This document shows positions 47,078 to 59,927 of a DNA stretch of 64,000 nucleotides, one piece after another (within the stretch, counting starts at the first letter, position 1; every line of letters begins with the position of its first letter). The notes under the pieces are model-generated. The model ran no database searches. It worked only from the letters and a program-made list of their open reading frames with translations, and was not told the origin of the DNA. The DNA lies in assembly GCA_025594325.1 (NCBI GenBank), contig JANHCV010000003.1, positions 124,001 to 188,000 of the forward strand, given 5' to 3'. Source of the stretch: Blastocladiella emersonii ATCC 22665 (taxonomy: Eukaryota; Fungi; Blastocladiomycota). Position numbers and translations under genes: made by a program.

Positions 47078-48066
47078 ATGTCTGGCCGCCGCGCTTTCGA
47101 GGGCATGATGCGCAACGTGACGCGGACCGCGTCGCGCGGGTCCGGGTCGGGCAGCGCGGGCCCGTCGCCCAAGGGCATGTTCGCTGGCGCCGGCGCGACC
47201 ATTGCGCTCGTCGGCGCGGGTCTCGCGCTCAACTCGTCCCTGTTCAACGGTGCGTGATCCTCGCCCGTACCCTGGACGCAACTTCCATCTCACCCCCGCC
47301 CGCTCAACCGCATCTAGTCGACGGTGGCCACCGCGCCGTCAAGTACTCGCGCTTCTTCGGCGTGTCGGACAAGATCTACTCGGAGGGCACGCACGTGATG
47401 ATCCCCTGGGTGGAGCGGGTGGTCGACTACGACGTGCGTGCCAAGCCGCGCAACGTGGCGTCGCTGACGGGCACCAAGGACCTGCAGATGGTGAACATCA
47501 CGCTGCGCGTGCTGTCGCGGCCCGAGATCGACCAGCTGCCGACCGTGTACCGCGAGCTCGGCACCGACTACGACGAGCGCGTGCTCCCCTCGATCGTCAA
47601 CGAGGTGCTCAAGTCGGTCGTCGCCCAGTTCACCGCGGCCCAGCTCATCACCCAGCGCGAGAAGGTGTCGCGCCTCGTCCGCGACAACCTGACCAAGCGC
47701 GCCCTGCGCTTCAACATCGTGCTCGACGACGTGTCGCTGACGCACGTCGCCTTCTCGCCCGAGTTCACCGCAGCCGTCGAGGGCAAGCAGATCGCGCAGC
47801 AGGAGGCGCAGCGCGCGGCATTTGTGGTCGAGCGCGCCAAGCAGGAGAAGCAGGGGATCATCATCAAGGCCGAGGGTGAGGCGCGGTCCGCGCAGCTGCT
47901 CGGCGAGGCCATCAACAACAAGCCCGGGTTCCTCGCCCTCAAGCAGATCGAGACGGCCCGCGAGGTGGCCCAGATCATGGCCACGGGCCAGAACCGCATC
48001 ATGCTCGACGCCGACACCCTGCTGCTCAACCTGTCCAAGCTGTCCAAGGACGCGGTCGCCGCCTAA
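47078..48066 (+). CDS. PHB2: Prohibitin-2
   Basis: SLFNVDGGHRAVKY, EGTH, RAKPRNVASLTGTKDLQMVNIT, AKQEKQGIIIKAEGEA; intron 47250-47317. Confidence 0.96.
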
Positions 48067-48131
48067 GTTCTGCTTCTGTTTCGTTTTTTGTCTCTCAAGC
48101 AATCCAACATGTGTATTTTTCTCTGTCCCGT

Positions 48132-50117
48132 CTAGCGGCGCACGCGCGTGATCCGGCCGTCCACGACCGGCGCAATCACGGGCAGCTTGGTGACGCCCGC
48201 CGCGATCTTCTTGAACCGGCCCCACCGCTGATCGCCGCGCACCGTGTGGACGCACTGGAAGCACGCGAACGCGGTGCGCCGCGCCTCCTCTTCCATCACC
48301 CCGACCTCGGCCGCGAGCTCGGCCGCCGCCGCCCCGTCGTGCGGGTGGTCGGCCACCAGGTCGGCGCGCGGGACCGCGCGCAGCCGCGACATGGCCTTGA
48401 CCGTCTTGAGCCCGAGAAAATACTTGCGCAGGATGGTCGTGATCAGCATGCCCGACTCGTCGTCGACGACCGTCGTGTGCGGGACGAGCGACGTGAACCC
48501 GTCGTGGCCGTCGGCGAGGTAGTTGCGCGTCGCGACGCGGTAGGTCTGGGCGCGGTCGAGCGGCAGGTGCTCGAACGCGGTGCACGTCATGGTCACGGAC
48601 AGGACGCGCGAGCCCGGCGGGAGGGATGGGTCGAACTCGAAGCTCAGGCCCGAGACTTGCGGGAACTACACTCCCGAGTGGTTAGTGCACACGCACAAGC
48701 TCCCTCGCGCGAAAGCAACGTACCCGCCCCTCCTGCTTGGGCCACATCGACACCCCGTTCTCGAGGGCGCCCCAAACCTGCTCGCCCGTGACATCAATGA
48801 CGACCACGGGGTCCTCGAACGGGAACATCTCCATGACGTCTCGGATCGTGATCTCGCCGGGCCCGTACACGGCGTCGCTGCGGATCGTCCCGCCGCACAG
48901 CAGCGCGATATCGGCGTCGTACGCGCGGCGGACCACGTCCGCGACAAACGACCCGACGGCCGACTCCTCGAGCCGCACGCTCGCGGACCGCGCGTCGAGC
49001 GGCGTGTGCGTGATGGCCACGGCTTTCTGCAGCTTGCGCGCGAGCTGGTCCTGGATATCCGCCAGCAGCGCCGCCACGGACGGCGTCGCGGGGGTCTCGG
49101 GCGGGACCGACGTGTGGCGCACCTGCACGTCCACGACGGCGCGCGTGTCGGGGTCGAGGTGCAGCGTGAGCACGCCGAGGTCACGGAAATCCGTGCCGGA
49201 CTTGACGACGACGGCGCCGGGCCGGCCGCGCGGGGCGCCGGGGAGCGCGGCGTCGGCGACGACCTGGACAAAGTGGTCGTGGCCGCCAAGGACCAGGTCG
49301 ATTTCCGGGACCGACGCCGCGAGCAGCTCGTCGTTGGGCTGCCGCATGTGCGTCAGGGCGACCACGACCGTGCACGCGTGCTCGGCGCGCAGCGACTGTG
49401 CGAGAGACCGGCCGACGGCGCAAAAGTCCTTGTACACGAGGTTCGGCGGAAGGGAGACGATGGTGTCGAGCCATTCCCTACGCACGAAGGGTAAGTGGAT
49501 TGGGGAGAGGGTGAGGGTAAGGAAGGGCGTACTTTTCGACCAGGCCAATGATCCCGACCTTGGTCCCGTCGACGTCGAGCACGAGCGACTCGCGGCCCTT
49601 GGCCAGCAGCTCGCCCGACTCTTCCCACACGTTGGACAGGAGCCACGGGAAGTTGGTCTTGCCCGCGAGCTCGACGAGCTGCGGCACGCCAAAGTCGAAA
49701 TCGTCTACACACACGCGGTCAGCGGATCGCCCTCAATCCCGAGAACAACACAACGCACGGTTGCCGTAGACCGAAGCGTCGATGCCCATGAGGTTGAGGA
49801 CGGGGACGAGGTGCTGCCCTTTCGAGATCGAGCTCTCGAGCGACGGGTTGAAGACGTCGCCCGAGAAGAGCGTCAGCGACTTGGTTCCCGCAGACAGCGC
49901 GGCACGCTCGCGGTCGAGCACCGTCAGGAACTGCGCGGCGCCGCCGCCGTCCTTGGTCGCGCTGCCGTGGTAGACTGCGGCGTGCGGAGGGGAGGCGTTG
50001 TGGCCAGGACGTGGTCGTGGTGAGTACAGGCACCCGGAGACGGGGTGACGCGGTGAGGGCAGTGTGTGTACCGTCGTTGAAGTGGAAGATGGTCAGCTCC
50101 TTGGTGGTGCCGGCCAT
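48132..50117 (-). CDS. 5'-nucleotidase / calcineurin-like metallophosphoesterase, multi-exon
   Basis: IFHFNDVY, FSGD, GNHDFDFG, ALTH, GGHDH, GGTIR, PFED, GRFPQVSGL, YLADGHDG. Confidence 0.9.
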
Positions 50118-50770
50118 TCTATCGCTGGTGGTGGTGGGGTGGGCTGAGGGCGGGTCAGCCGGTGCACGGTCGGGTGGCGGCGGGTCGAGCATACATGAGC
50201 AAAATATCGTTTAGGGGGCGTTGCGGGGAGAGCGAGGAAGTTTTGGCGCGGCGAGACTTGAGTACGCTCGCCGATCGAAACGCGGTCACGCGTCGTTCAT
50301 GTGTGCCGTCATCAAGCCCTTGGCTTTGGATCGCGGCTCGCCTCGGATCCGATCCTCGCTCTCTCTCTCCGCTCTGCACCTCATGCACCTCATGTAAACC
50401 GCGACACTTGCTGTTTACGGGTTCTCCCCATCCCCCGGTACTATACGACCGTGCAGCAGCCCCGCGCCCCCGTGTGCTGCCCGGATAGTAACTGCTGGGG
50501 AGAGCGAGCGCCGGGTCTCCAGACCCTCTTGACCAAGAGCTGCAGCACCGTTCCTTGAGGGGGATGTGAGCGCGGCCGGGCGTCGGAGGTGTTCCGCGCG
50601 CGAGACCCTGGCGCAGTCGCCCGGCTAAAGACCGAATGTGTCGAGCATCCGCCTTCGGACAGATATGGGGCACACAGTCGAGTCGAGTTGAGTTGCTGCT
50701 TTATGACGCGCGGATAGGAGGAGTGGAGTGGAGGAGAGACATTAATTTATACTTACACAGAGAGGACAGC

Positions 50771-51274
50771 TCATTCGTCGTCAGCACCGCTTGGCGCGCC
50801 GCCGCCGTTGGCCTGCTGCAGGGCCTGCTGCTGCTTGGCGAGGAGGACCTTCTCCTGGGCAAACTCCTGGAGGGTGCGGAGCGACTGCTGCTTGTTGACG
50901 ATGGTCTCCTGGAGCTTCTCGAGGTTGGCCTTGATGTAGGCCTGCTTGCGGCCGTAGAAGGCGACGGCGTCGTCGACCTTCTTCTCGACGAAATAGCCGG
51001 TGCCGACGTCGACAATGACGCGGTCCGGGTCGGCGAGCTTGGCGTTGACGTAGAGCGAGTTGGTGAGCGGGATCAGGACCTGCTTGCCGGCGTTGGCGGG
51101 CTGGATGGCGTCGAGCGAGGCGAGGCAGTCGGCAAACTTGGCCTGCGCCTGCTTGAGCTGGGTGAAGGACGAGGTCAGGTGCTGGATCTCCTCGGTCAGC
51201 TGCTGCTGGATGGCCTGCAGCTGCGGCAGCGGGATCGACTCGAGGTTGATGACCTGGCGGTCCTGGGCGGTCAT
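50771..51274 (-). CDS. PFDN5: Prefoldin subunit 5
   Basis: LIPLTNSLYV, VIVDVGTGYFVEK; alpha-prefoldin architecture. Confidence 0.93.
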   Translation of the reverse strand: MTAQDRQVINLESIPLPQLQAIQQQLTEEIQHLTSSFTQLKQAQAKFADCLASLDAIQPANAGKQVLIPLTNSLYVNAKLADPDRVIVDVGTGYFVEKKVDDAVAFYGRKQAYIKANLEKLQETIVNKQQSLRTLQEFAQEKVLLAKQQQALQQANGGGAPSGADDE

Positions 51275-51985
51275 GGTTTCTTTCGGGATGTTGCCGGGGG
51301 TGCGTTGCATGGGCTAGCGTGGGCGCGTCGTCGTGCCGTCGTCGTGCACGGCGCGTCGGTCACTCGGCCGTGGCCACCGCGGTCGCCGACGCGTGGCGCC
51401 GGATCGGCGACGAGGCAAGGAGGCGCACACGTGATTTAGGGGAGAAGTGGCAGGCGGCGAGTACCTCACTGGCGGGCGGGCGGGCAACGCGCAGGGTTGC
51501 ATGCAAGGTTGCGAGTTGCGCGGGGGGAGACGGCAAGCCCGGTCACTTGACCCGGCGCGAGATGAGCACGGCCCGCGCGCGCCTCCCCGCCGGAACCGCT
51601 GCGAAGGTTCGCTCTGGTCGCCTCGTTTCAGGGCGCGCCCGCGGCCGGGGAGGTACTCGGAGGCCGCCGATCTATGGCTGCGTACATGGTGGCGAGGGCG
51701 GAATAAAATAAAAAATCGTCGCGAATATTTTATTAATCGGCGGCGGTGGGTGTGGTGGGTGGTGGTGGTGGGTGGTGCCTTTGTAGGCGGCGGCGGCGGT
51801 GGGGCGCGAGCGCGGCGGCCAGGCAGGCGTGTGACGGGCCCGCTGGTGCAGCAGCAGCGCGCCCCTTTAGAGCGCGCCGCCGCCGCTCGCCCGCCGCCGC
51901 TCCCCTCAGCGAGACCTTGAGCGATCCTCCCTCCCTCACCCTCACCCTCCTCACCCACCACCCCACCCCCATCCCACCCTTCAAC

Positions 51986-53632
51986 ATGGCCACTGTACGT
52001 CGCGCGGCGCCACGTCGGCCTCCTCGCCCTCCCCACATCCCTACCCGACGCGCGCGCGTGTGCGAGACGATGACGGTGGCGACGACTACGACGGGTCCAA
52101 CATCACGACGACGACGGCCACGGCGTGTGTGCGTGCGCGCGTGCGTGTAGCGGACGGCGACGCGCGCACGACACGGCACGCGCGCGGGATGGATCTTTGA
52201 ACGCGTCTTCGCGCGCGCCGTGCTGTGCCCCCTCGCGCGAGTGACGCGGATGCGTTCGCGCCCGTCTCCCGCCCCGACGTCGATCCCGCACGCCATCAAC
52301 AACAACAACCGCACGACGACCCCGCCCCGACCCTGCGCCACCCCTCTACCTCCTTCCCCGCCACCCAACCCTCGCAGACGCCACCCCGCCCTCGCCTCGA
52401 TGCACCTCATGGACTATCGCGCGACTGTGTCTCGGAGCCATGCGCGCGCGGCCGTGCGGGCGTTCCCATCGGCGGCTCGGCGCACGCGATCGGGCACACG
52501 CGCGGCAGCCGGGCGGTCGCGGGGTGAGTCGCGCGTGTTGCGTGTCGGCCGAGGTGGGAGACGGAGCCCACACGCGCGCGTGATTCTCGCCCGCCCGTCC
52601 GCCTTCGACTCGGTCGCCGTGTGGGTCGCTGCCGATCGCCACGTCGGCATCAACATCCCAACCAACGCTGTTCGCTCGCCCTCGCCGCTCGCTCCCGCAC
52701 GCGCGCGTCAAGCCTCCTTCCTCTTTCGCCTCCTTCCCGCCCCCTTGCCCCGACCGACCCACGACGTAACTTTGGCTCACCCCCCTCGTCACCCGCCACT
52801 ACCACGAATAGGAGCGCGACAACCAGGTCTACATGGCCAAGCTCTCGGAGCAGGCCGAGCGTTACGATGAGATGGTCAACTTCATGAAGGAGGTTGCCAA
52901 GGTACGCTTCCCCTCTGCTATTGGCCGTGCGACGATCTGATCCACTCACACTCTTGTTCGGGATAGCTCGGCGTCGAGCTCACGGTCGAGGAGCGCAACC
53001 TGCTCTCGGTCGCGTACAAGAACGTGATCGGCGCCCGCCGCGCGTCGTGGCGCATCGTGTCGTCGATCGAGCAGAAGGAGGAGAACAAGGGCAACTCGGC
53101 CCAGGTCGAGAAGATCAAGGCCTACCGCCAGAAGATCGAGGCCGAGCTCTCGGACGTGTGCTCGGACATTCTCGCCGTGCTCGACCAGTACCTGATCGCG
53201 GCCGCCGAGGCCGGCGAGTCCAAGGTCTTCTACTACAAGATGAAGGGCGACTACCACCGCTACCTCGCCGAGTTCGCTGCCGGCGAGAAGCGCAAGGAGG
53301 CGGCCGCCGCCGCCCACGACGCGTACAAGCACGCGACCGACATTGCCCAGACGGAGCTGGCGCCCACGCACCCGATCCGCCTCGGCCTCGCCCTCAACTT
53401 CTCGGTCTTCTACTACGAGATCCTCAACTCGCCCGACCGCGCGTGCCATCTTGCCAAGCAGGCCTTCGACGACGCAATCGCCGAGCTCGACACCCTGTCC
53501 GAGGAGTCGTACAAGGACTCGACGCTCATCATGCAGCTCCTGCGCGACAACCTCACCCTGTGGACGACGGACCTGCAGGAGGGCGAGAAGACCGAGGAGG
53601 TCAAGGAGGGCGAGACCGAGGAGGCCAAGTAA
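51986..53632 (+). CDS. BMH1: 14-3-3 protein (BMH-type)
   Basis: Exons 51986-51994 (MAT), 52812-52901, 52968-53632; AEQAERY-like [59 protein letters not shown]. Confidence 0.97.
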
Positions 53633-54036
53633 GTCGGCTGCCTCCGAGACACGTCGTCGGGCTCGCGGACGCCGCCCGTCGTTGCCGCGCCCGTCGTCGT
53701 TTGTGTTGTATTCCCCACCCCCCACTCCTTCCCCTTGTTGCCGTTGTTTCCTGATTGTGATTTGATTCGTCGCCATATCCTCGACTCTCGTCTCGCTGTC
53801 CTTGTTCAGGTCAAGCAAGGTTCAGTCAGCAGCGGCCTTGCGCACAGATCGGGGCAGCGAGCTGGGCAGCGAGCGAGCGCGACGCGTCGCATGGCCCCGT
53901 CTCCCACACCGTAATACTCGAGTGATACAAACTGTCTCCCCCCACCTCGCTCACGCTGACCACCATGGAGCTCTCCAACACGATGCAACCTCACCCACTT
54001 CCCCTCCCCTCACCAACAACGAACCACTAAACAGCC

Positions 54037-55919
54037 ATGGATCCATCCTCAGCAACCGACACGGCGTCGCACAGCTCCGCGCGCGGCTCGCGCGGTGACA
54101 TCGGGAGCGCCGCTGCCGCCGGCAAGCAGCTCCAGTTCGGCACCGGCGGAGGCGCAGTGCCCGTCGGCATGGTGCCCAACGGCAGCCGGCCCGGGTCGCG
54201 CATCGGGTCACGCGCCGAGCTGCACAGCGGCAGCGGCGGGGAGGGTCGCCGCGGGTCGAGCGCCGGCGACTCGTCGGCGCAGCTCGAGCGCATGGGACTC
54301 GGCGCGCGCCGGATCATGGCCGAGGACAGCCAGTGGAATCTCGCCACGGTGGAAAGTCTCACGTCCATGTGTGTGCGCGCGATTGTTGAGCGGTTCGAGG
54401 GTACGCTGGACGCATGGTCGGCCTCGTCGATGAGTGCTAACAGGCGACTGTAGACCACCCGGTCCTCGCGGGCCTCCCCGCCAAGTACCGGTCGCGGGTG
54501 CTCGCGTCCATCTCGGTCGACATCCCGCTGGCCAAGGTGGTCTCGATCATCGACGACGACGCGCCGAGCGCGCTGCGGCCGGGGTACTGGCAGCGTCGCT
54601 CCGCCGCGCACTTCCCGGACGCGGAGCTCGCGCGGCACGGCGGCAAGTGGAAGCGGCTGTACTGCGAGCGGACGCTCGAGAAGGAGCTCGCGGCGTTCGT
54701 TCCGGGCCGCGGCGCCGACTTTGCGCTCGGCGAGCTCGCCAAGGCGCTCGCGCCCAACGTCGTGCGGCTCCAGGTCGACCAGCTGCAGCCCGACGCCAAC
54801 CACGCGGACCCCGCCGAGCGGAAAGCGACCGACCCGAACCCGGACCACGTCGACCCCGACGTGCTCGTGTCGCACCTCGACCAGCTGCGCGACGTCACCC
54901 TCTACTACGGCGTCAAGGACGTCGGCGTCCAGTTCGAGTGGTGGCTGTTCGGCATGACCAGCAACGACAGCACGTACCTGTCCCGCGCCCTGCGGCGCGC
55001 GAGGTGGACGAGTCTCACGCTGTCCCGCTGCTGCATCGACGACGCGAAACTCGCTACGCTGTGCGAGGGGCTCAAGGACCACAAGTACCTCGTCTCGCTG
55101 AGTACGCTTCCCGTCTCGCGGGGTTTCGGGTTCCGTCGCTGATCCCTCGCCCGCCGCCGTGTAGAGCTCGACCACAACCGCATCGGCGACCAGGGCGCAC
55201 AATCCCTCGCCCGTGTCCTGCAATCGCGGCACTGCGCGCTGCGCGTGCTCGACCTGGGCAACAACCGGATCGGCGCGCTCGGCAGCGCACACCTCGCCCA
55301 GGCCCTGCAGCACCTCTCGCGGTCGCGCCGCGCGCTCGCGTCGCTCGTCCTGCGCCTCAACCCGCTCGGCAACGACGGCGCGTTTGTCGTCGCGTACGCG
55401 CTCCACTCGGCCGTCGACGACCCCGCGAGTTTGGGCTTTGGCCGTCTCGATCTCGCGGCGACCGCGATGGGACCGTCGTCGCTCGAACAGTGCGCGGCGC
55501 TCGTGGCCGGGGATATCGTCGAGGAACTCGATCTCAGCTGCAACGCGTTCGTCGCCAACGACCCGGATATCGCGGCGGCGGCGGCCGCGGCTGCAGCGGC
55601 GACGGCGGCGGCGTCCACCACCGCGGGCGTCATGGCGTCGGCGGCTCTCGGGAGCGCGGCGGGCGGGGCCACGCTGTCGGCGGTCGCAGCCGCCGAGCGC
55701 GACAAGATGGTCGAGGCCCTCGGCAAGACGGTGTGGAACAGCGTCCAGTCGTCCAAGGTACGATCGGTCAGGGTTTGGTGCTGGGTGGTGGGACTGACGA
55801 TCATCGGTGCGCTCGTCGTGTAGCGGATCAAGGCGCTCGACCTGCGCATGACGGACCTCCCCGAGTCGGTCGTCCAGGCGGTCCAGGCGGCGCTGCAGCA
55901 GCGCGCCGCCGCGGTGTGA
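54037..55919 (+). CDS. TCTE1: Dynein regulatory complex subunit 5 (LRR, flagellar)
   Basis: RRIMAEDSQWNLA, HGGKWKRLYCER, C-terminal RNI-like LRRs; introns 54401-54453, 55102-55164, 55758-55822. Confidence 0.85.
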
Positions 55920-57899
55920 TACTGTGTAACGTAGCGTTATGTAACTGTATTGTATGTGCGTCAATCACTGCAAACACATCCACGCCGCGATGGAGACGGA
56001 ACGCGTCATGTCGCTGCATCACGGTGTGGCGGCCAAGCAAGCACTCCATCAGCTGCGTTTTCGCGGCCAGCGTGATATGAGTCGCCATCACGTCGACGTG
56101 TTTGAGGCGCGGCGGGCGTCGCGCCACGATCAGCGGGACCGTGCGATCGTCAAAGTTGTTCATCCAGAGCGACAGCGACTCGAGCGCCGGCGGCAGCGCG
56201 GGCACGAGTAGCTCCATGGCGGCATTGTCGAGATCGCACCTGTCAAGAGCCAGATGCGTCAGCGTGTGGACGGTGCCGAGCCACGCCGCGAGAACGCCGA
56301 TCTCGTTGCGCGTCAGCCGCAGCCTGCTGAGGTCGAGCTGCTGCATGCGGTCCGTCGGGAGGTACTGGATGAGGTGCCGCACGCTGCCCGGCGCGAACTG
56401 GCTTTCGGCCACGGACAGCGCGACGAGCGTCCGCGGGAGCGACTGCGCAACGGCTACAGTGCTGTGCAGGCGGAAGTCGATCCAGTTGAGCGCCAGCGAC
56501 TCGAACGTGTTGGGAAGCCGCGCCAGGACTACGAGCAGTTCGTCGGCTCCTAGATCGTTGGATGAGAGATCGAGCTTGGCCAGGGTTTGCGGAAGACCAC
56601 ACGCTAGCTTGAGGCAGTTACCAAGGAAGAAGCGGCCCGGCCCTGCGCCATGCTGAGCTCGCGGAGGCGCGGAAACGCGCGCGCCGCGACGGCCTCGTGC
56701 GCCGCGTCCTGCAACGTGTTATCGGAGAGAATGAGAGTCTCGAGCGAGTCGGGCAGCGCGGCAACGATGGTCGCCCCCGCCGTAGACGACATGCCGCAGC
56801 TGGCGAGCGATAGGTGACGGAGGCCGGGAACTGACGGTAGGCGCTCGGCAAACTTGAGCGCGCCGACCATGTGGACCTCGTTATTTGACAAGGTTAGTTC
56901 CTCGAGCCCCACGGGAAGCTGGGCAGCGACGATGGCCGTGGCGGCGGGGCCCAGCCAGCAGTGGTACAGGTTGAGTGACTTGAGCGATTGCGGGAGGTGC
57001 GCCATGAGAATGCGGGCCGTGTCGGCGGTCATCTTGTTGGAGGAGAGATCGAGTGCAAGGAGCGAAGCTGGAAGTTGCTTGGCAAGCATTTCGACAAGAT
57101 CGGCCGTCATCTCGCACGCCGAGAGGCGGAGCTCGGTGAGGGAATCAGGAAGCAGCGGGCCATCGCTGTCGAAGGGTAGCTCGCCCATGTTGTTGCGAAG
57201 ACAGTTCCGACTAAAGTCGATCCGCTTAATGGCCGACTTCGAGAAACGGAACTTGGCCAGGCGCTTGAGGTTTATGTCGCAGCTGTTGAAGGTCAGAGAG
57301 GTGACGTGGCCGGCTCGACTCGAGGCGAGCGCGTCGTTAAGTGCGGCGATGCCATTAGCCGAGAGCCGCTGCGACTCGATGGCAAACTCGCTCGCGGGCT
57401 GCGACTCGGCAGCGTCGAGGAAGCGGATGAGCGACAAGTCGCCCGGCGCAATCCCGGCGGCCTTGGCTGCCATGACAAGCTCTGGCGAGCAGTCCAGGTC
57501 GAAGGCCACGCGAAGCGACAACGGAAAGTCCAGGTCACGCCTGTTTACAAAGTCGCCCACCTCGCGCCACCACGCGAGCGTGCGCTCGAAGCCGGCCCGC
57601 TGCGCGTCGAGAAGCGGATCCTCGATCATGTCCTCGAACCACCGCTGCTCCAGGCCGTAGGCGCGGATCAGCTCGAGCAGCGCGACGTTGCCCTTCCGAG
57701 TCGCCGCGTAAATGCTTGTATTGCACGCATGCAGGATAATGGCGCGTGTCACGCCCGGTACGCGGTCGCGTGGCAGCACGCGGGCGTACTGCAGCAGCCC
57801 GTGCCGGTCCTCGCGCGGGTGGGCCAAGACGGCAAGCTCAAGGATCACGCCTAGGATGTCGGCGACGTCGAGTTTACGTTGCATGGAGTCGGATTTCAT
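55828..57899 (-). pseudogene. RNI-like LRR protein copy F, frameshifted by a 5-bp duplication
   Basis: Colinear with copy G; GGCCC is duplicated at 56634-56643; homology to G resumes in another frame (GNCLKLACGLPQTLAKLDLSSN). Confidence 0.8.
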
Positions 57900-58067
57900 G
57901 GGCGCGTTACATGGAAGCGGTTCGCAGAGAACTCTTCCCACGGAGTCGCGATGCTCATAGCGCCACCGTCGAATCTGACCCGGCCGACTGGCCGACCTGC
58001 CCCTCCGCCAGCGAGCAAGCCGACCACGGTACCATCCACGTTTGGAACATGGCCATGGGCGGGTATA

Positions 58068-59927
58068 TCATAGTACAACCTCGCTCTCTCTCAACTGCGC
58101 GACGCCGCCCGCCGTAACGTTGGTATCTTCGACGTCAACAAGCTGAAGGCACGGCAGGCGGCGCGCCACAATTAGGGCGACCGCGTCGTCGTCAAACACG
58201 TTACGCCGGAGGACCAGCGTCTCGATCGACGGCGGCAGCGCGGGCACGAGCACCTCCATGGCACGGTTGTCGAGCATACACCCCGCGAGTCCGAGATGCA
58301 CCAGCGCGCGCGCCTCGCCCAGCCACCGCGCGACCGCACCGATCTCGTCGCGCGTCAGCGGCGTCGCGCCGAGATCGAGCCGCTGCATGCGCTCGGTCGG
58401 GAGGAACCGGAGGAGGTGCTGCAGCATGTCGTGGCCGAACATGCACCCGGCCAAGGACAGCTCGACGAGCGCGCGTGGGAGCGCCTGGGCGAGGGCCACG
58501 GGCGCGTGCAGCCGTAGATCGACGAGGTTGAGCGTAAGCGACTCGAAAGTAGCGGGAAGCCGCGCCATGATTGCGAGCAGCTCGTCGCCGTCGATACCGT
58601 TGGACGAGAGGTCGAGCTTGGTGAGGGTTTGCGGCAGACCGCGCGCGAGCTTGAAGCAGTCACCGTGGACGAAGCGTCCCTGCGCCATGTCCAGCTCACG
58701 GAGACGCGGGAGCGCGCGCGCCGCGACGGCCTCGTGTGCCGCGTCCTGCAGCGTGTTGTCGCTCATTATGAGAGTCTCGAGCGAGTCGGGCAGCGCGGCA
58801 ACGATGGTCGCCCCCGCCGTAGACGACATGCCGCAGCTGGCGAGCGATAGGTGACGGAGGCCGGGAACTGACGGTAGGCGCTCGGCAAACTTGAGCGCGC
58901 CGACCATGTGGACCTCGTCATTTGACAAGGTTAGTTCCTCGAGCCCCACGGGAAGCTGGGCAGCGACGATGGCCGTGGCGGCGGGGCCCAGCCAGCAGTG
59001 GTACAGGTTGAGTGACTTGAGCGATTGCGGGAGGTGCGCCATGAGAATGCGGGCCGTGTCGGCGGTCATCTTGTTGGAGGAGAGATCGAGCGTGAGAAGC
59101 GATGGCGGGAGCTGTCGAACAAGCGCTTCGAGGAGGTCGGCCGTCAGTTCGCAAGTCGAAAGGCGGAGCTCGGTGAGGGCAGACGGGAGCAGCTGCTCGT
59201 CGTCGAAATAGAGATCGCTGACGTTGCGCAAGCGGTTCAAACTGAGGTCGAGGCACGTAGTAGCCGAAGTCGAGAAACGAAACTGGGTGAGGCGCTCGAC
59301 GTTGATGTCACAGTCGCAGAGAGCCACGGAGGTGACAGGGGCGCTGCGGTCCGAGACGAGCGCGTCGTTGAGCGCGGCGATGCCCTTGGACGAGAGGCGC
59401 TGCGACTCGACGAAAACATTGCGCCTGCATTCCGCCGGAACTCCTTCAAGAAACTTGTTTAACGTTAAGTCGCCGGGTGCCAAACCAGCAGCCCTTGCTG
59501 CCACGACCAGCGGAGGAGGGCAGGACAGATCAAGGGCAACCTCGAGCTGCCGTTGATAGCCAAAGTTTCGTTGCTCGGGGCCGGCTGCCGAGAAGATTGC
59601 CTCGCGCCACCATGCGATTGTGTCCTCAAAACCGGCCCGCAGCGCCGCCAAGAGCATGTCCTCGTCGCAGCGGATTTCCAAGCCGTAGGCTCGGATCAGC
59701 TCGAGCAGCGCGACGTTGCCAGTGCGCGTTGCCACATCGACTGTCGCTTCGCGCGCGTGCAGCAGAATCGCGCGAGTTACGCCCGGTACGCGGTCGCGTG
59801 GCAGCACGCGGGCGTACTGCATCAGCCCGTGCCGGTCCTCGCGCGGGTGGGCCAAGACGGCCCGCTCAAGGATCACGCCTAGGATGTCGGCGACGTCGAG
59901 TTTACGTTGCATGGAGTCGGTCGTCAT
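58068..59927 (-). CDS. Intronless RNI-like LRR protein copy G (619 aa) with uncharacterised N-terminal domain
   Basis: About 12 repeats of the LPxSLxxLDLSxNxL type; N-terminal about 190 aa includes an ankyrin-like ATRTGNVALLELI..WW segment. Confidence 0.85.
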   Translation of the reverse strand: MTTDSMQRKLDVADILGVILERAVLAHPREDRHGLMQYARVLPRDRVPGVTRAILLHAREATVDVATRTGNVALLELIRAYGLEIRCDEDMLLAALRAGFEDTIAWWREAIFSAAGPEQRNFGYQRQLEVALDLSCPPPLVVAARAAGLAPGDLTLNKFLEGVPAECRRNVFVESQRLSSKGIAALNDALVSDRSAPVTSVALCDCDINVERLTQFRFSTSATTCLDLSLNRLRNVSDLYFDDEQLLPSALTELRLSTCELTADLLEALVRQLPPSLLTLDLSSNKMTADTARILMAHLPQSLKSLNLYHCWLGPAATAIVAAQLPVGLEELTLSNDEVHMVGALKFAERLPSVPGLRHLSLASCGMSSTAGATIVAALPDSLETLIMSDNTLQDAAHEAVAARALPRLRELDMAQGRFVHGDCFKLARGLPQTLTKLDLSSNGIDGDELLAIMARLPATFESLTLNLVDLRLHAPVALAQALPRALVELSLAGCMFGHDMLQHLLRFLPTERMQRLDLGATPLTRDEIGAVARWLGEARALVHLGLAGCMLDNRAMEVLVPALPPSIETLVLRRNVFDDDAVALIVARRLPCLQLVDVEDTNVTAGGVAQLRESEVVL

